Source: Lepidodermella squamata
Lineage: Eukaryota; Animalia; Gastrotricha
Assembly (NCBI GenBank): GCA_047495785.1
Contig: JBLDXI010000031.1
Location: 1,674,001-1,738,000, forward strand
Direction of reading: 5' to 3'
Length of the DNA stretch: 64,000 nt
Both the position numbers and the translations under genes were made by a program. This document shows, piece by piece, positions 12,274 through 25,248 of this stretch; the stretch's first letter is position 1; each line of letters starts with the position of its first letter. The notes beneath the pieces were generated by a model. That model had not been told where the DNA came from, searched no databases, and worked only from the letters and a program-made list of their open reading frames with translations.

Positions 12274-13960
12274 CCTTAGGCAGTAATGGCGCCAAGGGTG
12301 AACACGGTGATCAAGGACTGCGAGGGTCTCTCGGTTCGCAAGGAATGAAGGGTTTGACCGGAGACAGGGGCTCTCCTGGTCCAGACGGCGCTATAGGGTC
12401 CCCAGGTCCAATGGGTGCTACTGGGCCTGATGGTTCACCTGGCCCAATGGGTGCTCCCGGTCCGGATGGCGGTCCTGGACAGAAAGGTGACATCGGTGCC
12501 ACCGGACCAACAGGGCCCGCTGGCGAACCTGGATTGAATGGCAGTCCAGGTAAGAATTGTCATTGCCTTAGTTTCATCTTTATACATTTCTGTTTGTTTC
12601 AGGTGCTAAAGGAGATTCGGGATCTACGGGTCCGCAGGGTTCCGTTGGTTCAAAGGGTCTAATTGGTTAGTTTTCTCCGCTATAAGGCCTCGCAACTGCT
12701 GACAATTATTTTTCACAGGTTCTAAAGGTGACACCGGCGCTCAAGGTATTTTTGTTGATAGTATTTTCACGCTGAATTTAAATGATGATCTTTATCGAAT
12801 TGCAATATTGTGTCGAAATTCGTCGCATGTTTGTTAGATACCTTCTTAAATACCTATGCAATATTCACTTCAAATTTATTTCCCGTTGTTAATCTTTTCT
12901 TTCGATTTAAATGTTGCGCAATTCATTTTCCAACTTCGGTAACGATCAAAAACTGTTTGTGCATTTTCTCCCAAAGACTCATTAATTAGTTTACTTAAAA
13001 ATTATAAGGATTTAGGTCGGTTTTTATCTGTCTTGGTTCCACCGATTTTCAAGTTTTCCCGAATTCAGAACATGAATCACGGCTTATGAAATGAAAAATG
13101 GAAGCTTACGTTGTTTGTTATTGACCACTTGCGCTAGGCTTGAAGGGTGAGAAGGGCGAGGCAGCTGCACAGTCGGATGAGCCGCGCGTATTCCAGTCGC
13201 TGGACGTGCTCGACGACGTTGAAATCGGCGCCGAGAAGGGCGAAAAGGGCGCGATGGGTAGCCGCGGCTTGCCAGGCTCAAAAGGCGCATCAGGCAAGTT
13301 TCATTGCCTAAATTGAATAACAGCAATTATTGCAAATTTTTGCTAATTTACAGGTAGAGATGGTAGAGATGGTAGAAATGGTGAGTAAAAATAGCAACTG
13401 AAACCAACCTACTACTTAGTTTTGTTGTATTTTCGATTTAACAGGCCGAGATGGTAGAGACGGCAGCCCAGGAGAAAAAGGTGATCGAGGTCTTCGAGGC
13501 ATCCCTGGAGACCCCGGTTTCGGTTTTCCAGGTGAGCAATTTCGCTGATAAATCCATAACTGAGAATTATAGACTTCTGGTAATCAGGTCCGAAAGGCGA
13601 TCGCGGTTTGCCGGGATTCCCCGGAATGCCAGGTAAGAGCTTCGACTTGTAAACTTTTTATTTCTGTAACTGAATTTAAATTGCAGGCCATGACGGCAAA
13701 GATGGCGTAGATGGTAATTTCCGCAATTCTTGCTTGTAGACAGAATTTAACAGCGATGAATACTAGGTAACCGAGGAAAAAGAGGCAAACGCGGTAAAAC
13801 CGGTCCGCCTGGCCCGCCAGGTCCGCCCAGTCAATTGGAAATGGGCCAGCTGCGCGACGTTGTCTTCGCCCTCATCGAAGAATTTATGAAAAAATCAAAA
13901 GAGCCAACCGAATGCGAAGACGAAGAACACAACAAGTTGAAGGCCAAGGCGCGGCATTGA
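3..13960 (+). CDS. Giant collagen, 5'-truncated by the window edge. Exons: <3-12549, 12603-12665, 12719-12745, 13138-13293, 13354-13380, 13445-13531, 13588-13632, 13687-13713, 13767-13960
   Basis: Gly-X-Y is uninterrupted for about 4,180 aa in the frame of ORF 42..12662. The downstream small exons (63, 27, 156, 27, 87, 45, 27 bp) are all phase 1 with GT/GC..AG ends and continue Gly-X-Y. The protein ends ...[52 protein letters not shown], with TGA at 13958-13960 and AATAAA signals downstream. Confidence 0.92.
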
Positions 13961-15491
13961 AAATCAAAACTCATCGTCAAAAAATAAACACCTACAAACA
14001 AGCACACACAAATCGGCAATTGTTTTTTATGCCGATAAATAATGACAAAGTTTTATCAAGCTCAAATTTATTTAACCGAGTGATTATACTTATTGAATTA
14101 AATCAAATTTATTTACTGCTGCTCAAAAATGTACATAGATGAACTGTTTATTTACTGTTATAACGAATAAAACTCTTCAGTATTACTGCTTTGCTGCTGC
14201 AATGTGAGGTTCGCGCATTTTAAAAACAGCAACTTGACACACATCTCACGGCGAGGTCCGGTTTTATTACAGGCGTGATCTGCGCACATTTAGGTCACGT
14301 CGAATAAATGCTGGAAAATTCCATTTTCGTCAGCAAATTCGGGGTGGCGATTCAGAATTTTCCATATGCGCTCTTATGAGATGATCTGAAAAAATCGGAA
14401 AAATGCCAAAACTCAAGCCGTGTTGTATTATTTTAGCACGTTTATTTGATAAATTTCAATAGATAATTACGCAATTATTTTTTACAACCTATTTACAGTG
14501 CTGTTAATCCTGCGATCAGAAGCTGAAATAATAATAGTAATACGAGATTTCGCGGTAAATAATTTACGGTTAAATAACATTAGAATAATAATCAATTTAT
14601 TTACATGTGTTTTGCACAATTTTAGCACTTGTACATCAGGCCCATTACCAAAACGCCACGACGTGATGTTGTTCGAAATTCTGTTTGGTAATGAAGAATA
14701 AAATTTGTAGAGCAAATCAAACAGCCGAGTTATATTACGGCAGTGATAATTATTATATTAATCAAAAACAAAAGACAGAATAGAAACACATCTAAAATCA
14801 ATCATCGCATCAATCAATCAATCAATATAAGCAGTTTCACATGATAATTAATTTATTTTGTCTTGGCGAGGTCTTCAATAATGATTATGATAGCAATAAC
14901 ACGCAATTCACACAGGTAATTATAATAATAATTTTTCTAATAATTACAACTTTGGCACGGCCGTTTTTTTTCATTATCAACAATCTTCCTCTCCCCGTCG
15001 AGGTGGCCCACGAGTGTTTAACACGCTTGACGAATACTTTTACATTGAATTATTTTTCAATTATTGGCAGTGCGATGACGCGTGATAAAATTTTGTAAGC
15101 GATATCGATAGCCCGCGAATAGCCAATCAATCGCCGGCCGGCCGGCCGGGTTCGTTCTCGGCGGCTCTGCAAAAATAGAGGTTACATTCTGTGGCACGGC
15201 CGGCCGGCTGTAAATTGGCCATCATCGCGGGCTCGAAAAGCTTTGGAAGCACAACAACAGACACAAATTATTATTAATATTAAATTTAACAATAATTATA
15301 TCATTTTTGCAACATTTAAAATTTTCGAGAGAAGAGAAAAGAGAGAGAGAGACATGGTAACATTTTAACGAATATTTCAAACACCCTGCATTTTACGAAT
15401 TTTAAATGTTTTTCCTAATTAATTTATCAGGGTGTTTGAAATTGTTCGAAATTTTCCTAATTTTGTTTTGTTTCTGACGAAGAAAGATGTG

Positions 15492-18400
15492 TTAGTACTC
15501 GTCGGCGCCGTCGTCGCCGCCCTTGCCCGAGTCGGTGTCCGCCGCCACCTCCTCGTAGTCCTTCTCGAGGGCGGCGAGGTCCTCGCGCGCCTCCGCGAAC
15601 TCGCCCTCCTCCATGCCCTCGCCGACGTACCAGTGCACGAAGGCGCGTTTCGCGTACATGAGGTCGAACTTGTGGTCGAGCCGGCCCCACGCCTCGGCGA
15701 TCGCCGTCGTGTTCGACAGCATGCAGACGGCTCGGGGTACGGCCGCTAGGTCGCCGCCGGGCACGGCTGTCGGCGCCTGGTGGTTGATGCCCACCTTGAA
15801 GCCGGTCGGGCACCAGTCCACGAACTGGATCGACTTTTTGGTTTTGATCGACGCGATCGCGGCGTTGACGTCCTTCGGCACTACGTCGCCGCGGTACAGC
15901 AGACAGCACGCCATGTACTTGCCTGGAGTAAAAATTTAAAATTAAAAAATCGATTGAAAAAGTAAGAAAATATTATCGGATGAGTGATATGCGAATTTCG
16001 TAACTTTTTCAAAGCCTGTATTATTTTTACGAAGATGGAATTTTACTTTGACAACGGCTTCCAAGCACCACAATTTTTTGAATTTTTCAATTTTAATGGG
16101 TGAATTTATAAAATCCCAGTGAGAAAATTTGCATTTTGACCCATAAATTATGTCGCCGACCTCAGGATTTGAATGTAGCAGTAATAACCGTGATTCGACT
16201 AATCAGCAAGCGCGACGGAGCTTCAGCTAGGTGTGATTGTGCGCAATTAATCGCGATCTCATTGGCTCGTTCATTGTGCGCGCATTTTTAATGAAGTGCG
16301 CGTCGCTCTTTGATTGGTCAGAATCAGTGCGCGTCGCTCTTTGATTGGTCAGAATCATTGCGCGCACGTTGAGAATGCGCGCGCTAATGCCAGCAGCCTA
16401 AATCATGCCTAAAATCATCGCTAAAATACCTAGATAGCAATAAAACCCTTGGAGGAATAGTCCAAGATAAAACCCCAAAAGCATCAGAATTAAAACTTCT
16501 GCAATTAGCGGAACCAAATTTCGAACTTATAGTGAGCACGCAATCGAAATTTTATCACCTAATGATTTTGCGATTCATCATCAATATTCTCAGAATTATG
16601 CCTTGATTATTTTGCAAATTTATTTCTACGCGTCCTTATTATCGAATTATTTCAAAATTTAGATAGCATTTCTTTTAAATCGGTGTAGTGGAGGAAATTA
16701 AGATAATAGAACCGAAATTTCAGCTCAGAAATAAATTTTAAAGCTATTCGAACCTTTAAGATCAATTGGAAGAAAACCAAAGAAATAGAACACAGAATAA
16801 TCGTTATTTGAAAATAGAAAATTGCTCGAATAATGATATATTTGTATCATATTTCAGTTTGCTGGTTCCCAGTTCTGAAATTCGGTTCCGCTATAGCTTC
16901 AAGCCTTAATTTGGTTGTTTGGGCCTGAAATTTGGCTTTTGGTTCAACTTTCAAGAAGTCTCATAGCCACGATACCTAAATCTATTAATTCTTGTTTTCA
17001 CGAGGAGAAATCGAAAGCTCACCTTTACGCGGGTCGCATTTGACCATTTGATTTTCGGGCGTGAAGCACGCACCGGTGATTTCGGACACGGAAATGGCCT
17101 CATGGCTGGCCTTCTCCGCCGACACAACCGGCGCGTACGTGACGAGCGGGAAGTGGATGCGCGGGTACGGCACGAGGTTGGTCTGGAACTCGGTGAGGTC
17201 GACGTTGAGCGCGCCCTCGAAGCGCAGCGACGCCGTGATCGACGACACGACCTGGCCGATGAGCCGGTTCAGGTTCGTGTAGCTCGGCCGTTCGATGTTG
17301 AGGTTGCGCCGGCAGATGTCGTAGATGGCCTCGTTGTCGACCATGAACGCGCAGTCCGAGTGCTCCAGCGTCGTGTGCGTCGTCAGGATCGAGTTGTACG
17401 GCTCGACGACGGCCGTCGAGATTTGCGGCGCCGGGTACACGCTGAACTCCAGCTTCGACTTCTTGCCGAAATCAACCGATAAACGCTCCATTAACAGAGA
17501 CGTAAAACCGCTGCCCGTGCCGCCTCCAAAGCTAAAAGCAAAGAAAATAATAACAAATTAGGCTTGAAAATTTAGGAAAAATTGGTAAATAATGTTCAGA
17601 AGCAGCTAGAATTTTTTCGCAGATTACCCGAATCCTATCGCCTATCGGTATTTTTCGGTTTTTTTCCGATTCCAAAATTCTTTGGCGCGATAGGCAATTT
17701 TGGCCACGCTTTTTTTATGATTTCAGAACCAATGAAAAGATGGAAAAGGTGGAATAAAAACACCCGGTGAAATTAGGTAATACCGCGTGAAATACTGATT
17801 ACAGTGAAACCCCGATTTGGCGTCCTTTTATTTTCCGTCTACGGGAAATCCGGGTATGCAAAAGATAAGGGGATGAAAAATCTTCATTTTTCCCCGCAGC
17901 ATAGCATTGCATGTAAATTGACCCGGATTATCCGTCTTTTCGGATTTCCCGCCCGATTTTTTGGCTGGCCCGTAGATGACGCCAAATCGGGGTTTCACTG
18001 TATTTCCAAGTCATTGACCGGGTTTTTCCGGATTTTCTTTGGTAATTTTCTAATTTATTCGGTAAAATCGCGGATTGAATCAATCAAGAAAAATTGGCGG
18101 AATTACCCCGTAAAATGCGCCTTTAAATTAGGACACCTTAAATGAATGGCCATAAAGCGTGACCTTAATTCAAGATCTAAAAAAATAACCGAAAAATATT
18201 CGAAGTCTTTGAGAATTTTCTAAATGATGCCATTTCGCGCCATACGATTGGTTTCGTCGTAGAAATTTCGAAAATTAAAATATTTTTAAAAATTAAATTT
18301 AAATTTAAAAAATCAGGCCCGTCTCTCTAACCTGGCTAGAAAAATCTAAGGATAGCCTAAACCTATTAAATTTAGGTTCCAGCGCTAAATTTGAGACTCC

Positions 18401-19655
18401 AGCAGAGCCGCTATCGATTCCAATTATCGATTTCACTAATCAAAGATTTTTCCGATATCAACCGGCTTGGAACCGCTTTCTATATAGCTTTTAGAGGGTT
18501 ATTTAGCTAAAATAAAATATCGGAAAAATTTACTACCACGGCGCTTAAATTTAGCGCTGGAACCTAAATTTAAGCTGCGCAAATATTTCGACCAACAAAT
18601 AATAATTCTAAAATTGCGAAAAAATATTTGTGGATCCTTTGAAGAATTGATGAGGAATCTTAAGTAAGAAGTTGGGAAGGATTGCTCACCTGTGGAAGAC
18701 TAGAAAGCCCTGCAGGCCCTGGCACGCTTCGGACAGCTTGCGAACCTTCTCGAGCACCGAGTCGATGAGCTCCTTGCCGACCGTGTAATGGCCACGGGCG
18801 TAGTTGTTCGCCGCGTCCTCCTTGCCGGTGATCATCTGCTCGGGGTGGAACAGCTCCTTGTACGCGCCTGTCTTCACCTCGTCGATGACAGTCGGCTCGA
18901 GGTCGACGTAGATGGCCCGCGGCACGTGCTTACCGGAGCCGGTTTCGCTGAAGAACGTCGAAAATGACTCGTCGCCTGCAAAAACACGTGAGAGGACAAT
19001 CGAAATGTAGGTCACGACAACAACACACACGTGGCGCGCGGAATTATAATATAGGTATATTTTCAACTGTTGGGTCAAGGCGTGAGAAATATTCGATATA
19101 ATTAAAAAAGCAAAACCACACAACGATGAGAGTCAAAGACCCGCCTAAAAAAATGACCGTAACCGAAATTGCTAAAGAGGTGAGGCGGGTTGCGATACGG
19201 TTGAGTGATTTTTCTCACAATAGCCATGAGACAATGAGTTAAAAACTTACGGAAAGTCCGTTGTCGTTCTGAAATAAAAATTTTACACAATATTTGAAAA
19301 TGCTCCATTATTATTGCAAAATTTAAATATTTACGAAATTTGTCATTTTTTCGGTAAAAAATCCAGGAGCAATTTTTGCATTTTTCTATAATTTTTCTAT
19401 GAAATGAAAAAACAATGAAAATTTACCTGGTTTTAAGGTGGCTCGATCGTCGATGAACTCGCCGTTGGGCTTGATGCCGTGTTCGAGGCAGTACAACTCC
19501 CAGCAGGCATTGCCCATCTGCACACCGGCCTGGCCGATGTGAATCGAAATGCACTCACGCTGTGAAGAAAATTAAATAAAATTCATTAAAAAAATCAATT
19601 TCATGGACAAAATTCAGCAATAAATCACAAAACTAACCTTTGTTGCATACGACAT
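15492..19655 (-). CDS. TUBA: Alpha-tubulin, divergent isotype. Exons: 19655-19638 (tentative), 19559-19427, 18975-18690, 17531-17023, 15922-15492
   Basis: Motifs [60 protein letters not shown] and [13 protein letters not shown], with a C-terminal Tyr. Phases are consistent across the GT..AG junctions. Confidence 0.96.
16294..16365. repeat. Short tandem duplication (31-bp unit, about 2.3 copies) in the last tubulin intron
   Basis: agtgcgcgtcgctctttgattggtcagaatc occurs twice, followed by a degenerate partial copy. Confidence 0.8.
17802..18000. mobile_element. Tc1/mariner (pogo/Tigger-like) MITE, 199 bp, in a tubulin intron
   Basis: Perfect 23-bp TIRs cagtgaaaccccgatttggcgtc / gacgccaaatcggggtttcactg, flanked by TA on both sides; no ORF. 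Confidence 0.88.
18367..18572. mobile_element. Inverted-repeat element, probably a non-autonomous MULE derivative
   Basis: Perfect 26-bp inverted repeat taaatttaggttccagcgctaaattt (18367-18392 / 18547-18572). Its core matches the aggttccagcactaaattt motif in the TIRs of the MULE at 45640-48164. Confidence 0.65.
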
Positions 19656-22600
19656 GCTGATATAGGGAGCTAACGTCAGGTAAATAATTATTTAAAAAGA
19701 ATACATACGATGATGAAAAAGCAACAAGGTGTTTAAAAAATGACACAAACAATGAGTCACGTAATCGTATAGCAACAACAACAAGACCGTTTTAATCTTC
19801 TAAAGGCAATTTAATAAAGCTATATAACAAAAATAAAATGCGGCTATAAAGATGCGTAAATACTAGGAAGTACGTGAAGCGTGACGACTAACCGTCATGG
19901 TTGTGATTTTTCGAATTTTTATCGGTGCTCTGTGTAAAATAAAAATAATATTTCGCCTATATTATCGGAAAAAATATATAACGATTTTCGGTATATTTTG
20001 CTCTCGAGCACGTTTTTATCAAAAATAGCGGAAGAAATTGCGCAGCTCTTATTCTTGAGAATGGTAGTAATAGGATAGTATTGGTAATACAGTTTTGAGC
20101 GGAAACTTTTTCGGTTATATGTATATATATTTCTCGTGTTTACACACGTAAAAAGGGGGCGGAGAGGCGATTTCGTAGGGAAATACGCGCGCCGGCGGGC
20201 AAAAAAGAGCGCACCTGGGCATGGTATTATTTTTGCTGCTCTGGCGCCTCGATGATGATGATGATGCGCCTGGCTTCTGAAGATCGCGCGCCGTAAACAC
20301 GCCGGACGTAAATAATAGAAAAATAACCGAGCCATCGCGAGTTTCTATGGCAATAATAATAATAATACTGCTAGGCTACCATACAGGCAACCTATAATAA
20401 AAACCGCCCACGCATCGATATATCACGGCCGAATGGGGCTGGTGGTGCCATAAAATACTAGTAACATGTATTAGGAATTAGGAAGTATAGGTCAAAGGGA
20501 AAAAATCTTATATTTGATATAACGTAATAGCCTAAACAACAATAACAGCAATTTGGTTAGTACTTAGCGGCGCGATTGATGAGTTTAGTGATATATTTCC
20601 GATCATAAGTTCGGAAAACAGTAATGACGATTATTAGCTAGAGGTTTATTGCGAAATATATCTTAGTGTCCTAATGATAAAAGGAAGGGAAAAACTCTTT
20701 CGGTTTCCTAATTCAGTTATCGACCTCAAATATTCGAAATTTGGATGATTAAAAAATTCGGATTACAGGATAGTTTCACAACAATTATTGACGCAGAGGA
20801 AAGGAAGAATATACGTTTTCGTAATAAACAGCAATAATAGATAAATTCAAAGGAAAGCTCAAAAATAAGAAAAAAAGGTTCGCGTTTAAACACCCTATAG
20901 TAAAAAATTTAGTTTAGGTCATTTTCTATAAAAAATGGGACAAGATTTGCCGAAAGCAGAATCATTTGAAATCACTGAAGATTTTTTGAAAAATCGTCGA
21001 ATAATTTCTATAATTTTGTCGAAGTCGAGTGATTTTTCTGGGAAACCTAACGATTTGCTAAACTATTCTGGTATAAATTATTTAGATCAACTCTAAAAAT
21101 TGAGAAAATTGCCGCTTAATTTATGAAAAAATTACGTTTCCTATGTGAAGGTCATCCGTTTCTAATTCAAATGACACGAAAATGCGCGCGGCTAAAAATA
21201 GCAGGGATGCAGATATAGGACTATGTCGATAGTCTTCAGGCAGGTACAACCACCAAGCATCAGCAACACACACACGGCAAAGCTAGACAGCCGCGTCGCT
21301 GTGTTTGTTGGCAGGGTTAAGTATACCTTAGCCGCAGTTATTAGCCGCAGTCGGCAAGACACGGCGAGCAGCGCGCAGAAAACGCTCGCTCGTTCGCTGC
21401 TAGCCACCGTGCGACGTCCGTCCGTATATGCCTGTAATAAAACGAGCGAGCGCGCATTATAACGCGAAACATGCGCGCTCATTGACTCGCGCACGTATTT
21501 TCTACCGCCGAGGTGGTTTTTATTATACCAAAAGGTAGTAGTAGTATATGCCTGGCTGTATTAGGTATATTTGTTAAACGACGTCTACTACGCGTTACAG
21601 TTTGATAACAACAATTGTTCAACGTCGTATTATAATGCTATAAGAGTTTCCCTATATTCCTATATATTCCTATGTATGATGGAACAAAGCGAGTCGAGTG
21701 TGTTGCGAGCAGACATCGAGCGTCTGTTGTTGATGCCCAATTAAAGCGCGGTATTACTATTATTATGAAAAACATATCAACAATTGCGGTTGAGTTCAGT
21801 TTCCCTGCCCGCGATATATAGTTATAGGCACCCGCAATATATTGGAACCGCCTTTCATGTTTGCGTAGGGGTAATCGCTGCTGCTGCGGCTCGAGACGGA
21901 TGGACATTGACTGTGTAGGGAGTAGGTACACTGTGTTTGTTTGCGGCCATCGCGAGACGCCGGTTATTACCAACGTTTTGTTGTTAACCTGGTTGACAGC
22001 GTTACTAAAACCCGCCCTGTATGATGACAACGGCTAACAACGAGCCGGGCTTTGACACCAATCGAGAACAGGAAATACCGTATAATAGGAAAGATCAATC
22101 TACGGAAAAAATTCCTACTATAAACCGGGGCTATCCTAAACCCTTGAGTAACACATTAAACTAAATGATTCATAATTTGCACTAATATTCTGCCAGGTTT
22201 AAAAAGGGAACTTTCACATTTCCAAGTGCGCACTCCGAATCTAGACAGCTCACTAAATACCCTAATTTAAAAAATCCCGAATCTTAGTAGAGCTATAAGA
22301 AATCGCAATCGTAAGGAATTCGGAAAAAGTTAAGCATGGATAGCTAAACAATTTTGCAAATATTTTGATCCAAATTCCAATTTCGGAATAATTTGAAGAA
22401 TTTCAGGGCGGAAACGATTTAATAAAATATACCCAGGAAAGAGAAATCTTCACCTTTTCGAACCTCCCAATTTATTTGAAATTTTAAATCGAGGCAAGAG
22501 CAAGAAATATTGGGAATTTTTTTGATAATTTCGATTGAGAGAAAATGCACTAATTAACAAATTATTTACCTGCTATATGGCCATAATTATTGTATGAAGA

Positions 22601-25248
22601 AGTAATAGGAAAGGTAGGATGTCAGAGATAAATATACCATGCGAATTCCACGAAATATTATTAACGTAAGGCCAAAAGCCAACGACTGAAGTATGCTGGT
22701 GAATCTAATACCTGTTAACATAATTTGAACTAAAAAATCTCCATGAAGTATGAAAAATACAGAGCTTAAAGTTGAAGAACAAGTTAGGCGGTGAAAAATT
22801 GAGCCGAATAGGCTTGTTTTATCAGCTGCTATAGTTCTCCAATTTAAAATCCTTAAAAATCCTTAAATCCTGTATTATAGTTAACGAAATATATTGAAGC
22901 AATAAGTATGTCGAGGCATTCAAGCAAGATGGAATGTATCAAAAAAATGGAGACAAACTGAGGTCAATTATTTTGAGACTAAAGCGCGATGAATATACTT
23001 AAATATGTATGTGTTGCTGGAGAAGAGCGCGATCGCGACTTTTATTTGCTGGGTGTTTAGAAATTCGGACCGGACGTGGCGGACCCGGGGCTGGTTGGCA
23101 CGCCAAGAATGCGATGCGCATGAATCGACCCCGCCGCTCAGTTCATCATCGGGCACGCGCTGGCTCCCAGGGAGTGTTTAGCTTGGTCATTAATGAACAC
23201 ACACACACACACTCACTCAGTCACTCTCAATAATAATAATAGTAATGATAATAATATTCTTCACGACGACGACGATGATGTGGACGACGGAATAAAACGC
23301 TAGCGAGAGGCGTTTTAATAAAGTCGCTGCTTCGACCGTATCAGTTAACGCATGTTGTTGCTGCTGCGATATACAGCTTTCATCCCTCTAGCTGTCTCTC
23401 GCTAAAACTTGTCAAATTCGTATATTATAATATGTAGCGCGATGAATAATAATAATAATAATAATTTGGCGTAAAAGATGCGCAAAGACGCGCGATCGAT
23501 TTTATTTCGCATTTTTATTACTATGTAGACGCAGCAGCCGCAGCTAGCCAATAGCTATGACAACCATGTCGAGAGTGGACAGACAGTGGACAGGCAGCAG
23601 ACACGCCCTTATTATATTATACAAAAATCGTTATTATTATTATTATCATATAGTATAGTAGTGAAAATGCTATGGCGATGTTTGGCCAGGCGAGCCGGCT
23701 ATTTTTGCGCCGCGCAAATAATAACAACAACAGATATCATAGCGATGCGCAAAGACGCGCCCGAGTCGCGCGCTTGTCAAGTGAAAAACGGCTATTTCGG
23801 CGTCCATTTTCGCGTATTAAGCCGCGCATATCAAATTAATCAGCGTTCGACGACGAGTCGATTGATATGCATCTGTAGTTACGTGAAAAAATTCGCATTT
23901 TTCACTTATTGTATGTGTACGTAAGGCCGCGAGTGTGTCGCATGCACACACTAACATACACCGGATTCGATAATATTTGCCCGGGCGTGTTTTAGACCGC
24001 CGCGCACTACTAATATCCGCAAACACGCGGCAAAAAAGTGTGTTTGTTAAACTAATTGTCATTATATTATTATTATTATAAACAAAAACAAAATTCGTGT
24101 AAATTTAAGGTCAAGAGCTACCGGTGTATTGCATCAGAGTAAATAAGGCCGGCTGAGGAGGAAGAGCAAAAAATCAATTTTCACATACTAAACTTCGGTG
24201 AGTAAATAAAAACTAAATAACAGTTAATATAGCCCTATTTTATATATACCCTATATGCCGACTATCTTCGCCGCGAGCATTAATAATTGCGCTGAAAATC
24301 TTCCTAAAAATTTAAAATTTGAAAAGCATGAAAAAATCCTAATAAATAAAAGCGACTTGTAAATTAAGAATATTTCATTATTATTAGGAAATTAAATATC
24401 AAAAATTAAATAATTAAATTAATTCCAAAAATATTCTAATTATTGGAAAGCGAAATCTAGCTTTTGAGTGCTATATCGGATAGTAATAAAAATCGCACCA
24501 AAATATAGAGCAGGGTGTCTGCAAAATTGTCGTGTGAGAATCCATTTCCTAATTTTGTGGGTGCACACTTTTCGACGACTCGAAAAATGTCTAGAAAAAG
24601 TTTAATGGAGATTTCGAAAACGATATTTAGGAACGCCAAAAGCACCGGCTGTTATGCACCGGATGATGTTTTACCTAAGGCGTGGATATAGATACTCTTA
24701 GCAGGAGGAGCAGGAGCATTCTGAAATAGCTGTGATACTTTATTAAAAATTCGTATAATATTATTATTATTATCACTATTTTATACGGCAGTTTGTATAA
24801 AAATGGAGAAGTGATGCGCAGATAAGACGCGCGCTAACATCTGTCGTGTTTAATTACGCAGAGTGCGTAAAAAAGGCTACAAGGCAGCTCGCACATCCGA
24901 CTAACAGCTGCTCATCTCTGATTGTTGACGAGAAGCTACAGAGAGACTAGCAAAAGTATATGCACTGAATTTCAGCAGCGGCACGTTCGCTCGTAATTTT
25001 TCTTCGTTTTGTCGGCTTCTCAGTGTGATTTTGCTTAAATTAAGTGAATCATCACCACAACACGTGTCACTGATATATGAAAAAAGCCAAGTTGATATCA
25101 TTTATTTTATTATAATTATTTTTTTACGCTTGGGCGCGGCGGAAAGAGACATTTTCGCACAATGACGATGATAAATTCGAGGTTTTTTCATTGTACAATA
25201 ATCAAGTAATAAATTATAACAATTATTCTTTTGATGATTTTTCCTGGT

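Noticed and set aside
1-12279. 4,092-aa Arg/Lys/Val-rich ORF in the +1 frame overlapping the collagen
   Set aside because: In the +1 frame of Gly-X-Y DNA, stops need NTA codons or NTG followed by A, which this 432-bp unit lacks. One stop-free unit repeated 28 times explains the length, and the frame closes right after the array ends.
15432-17561. Alternative-frame and antisense ORFs over the tubulin exons (likewise over the PKC, MULE and tetraspanin exons)
   Set aside because: They are by-products of high GC3 in real exons.
19889-19925. aaccgtcatggttgtgattttt, loosely resembling a trematode spliced-leader sequence
   Set aside because: The match is short and gapped, with no convincing donor, stem-loops or Sm site in the right arrangement; likely chance.
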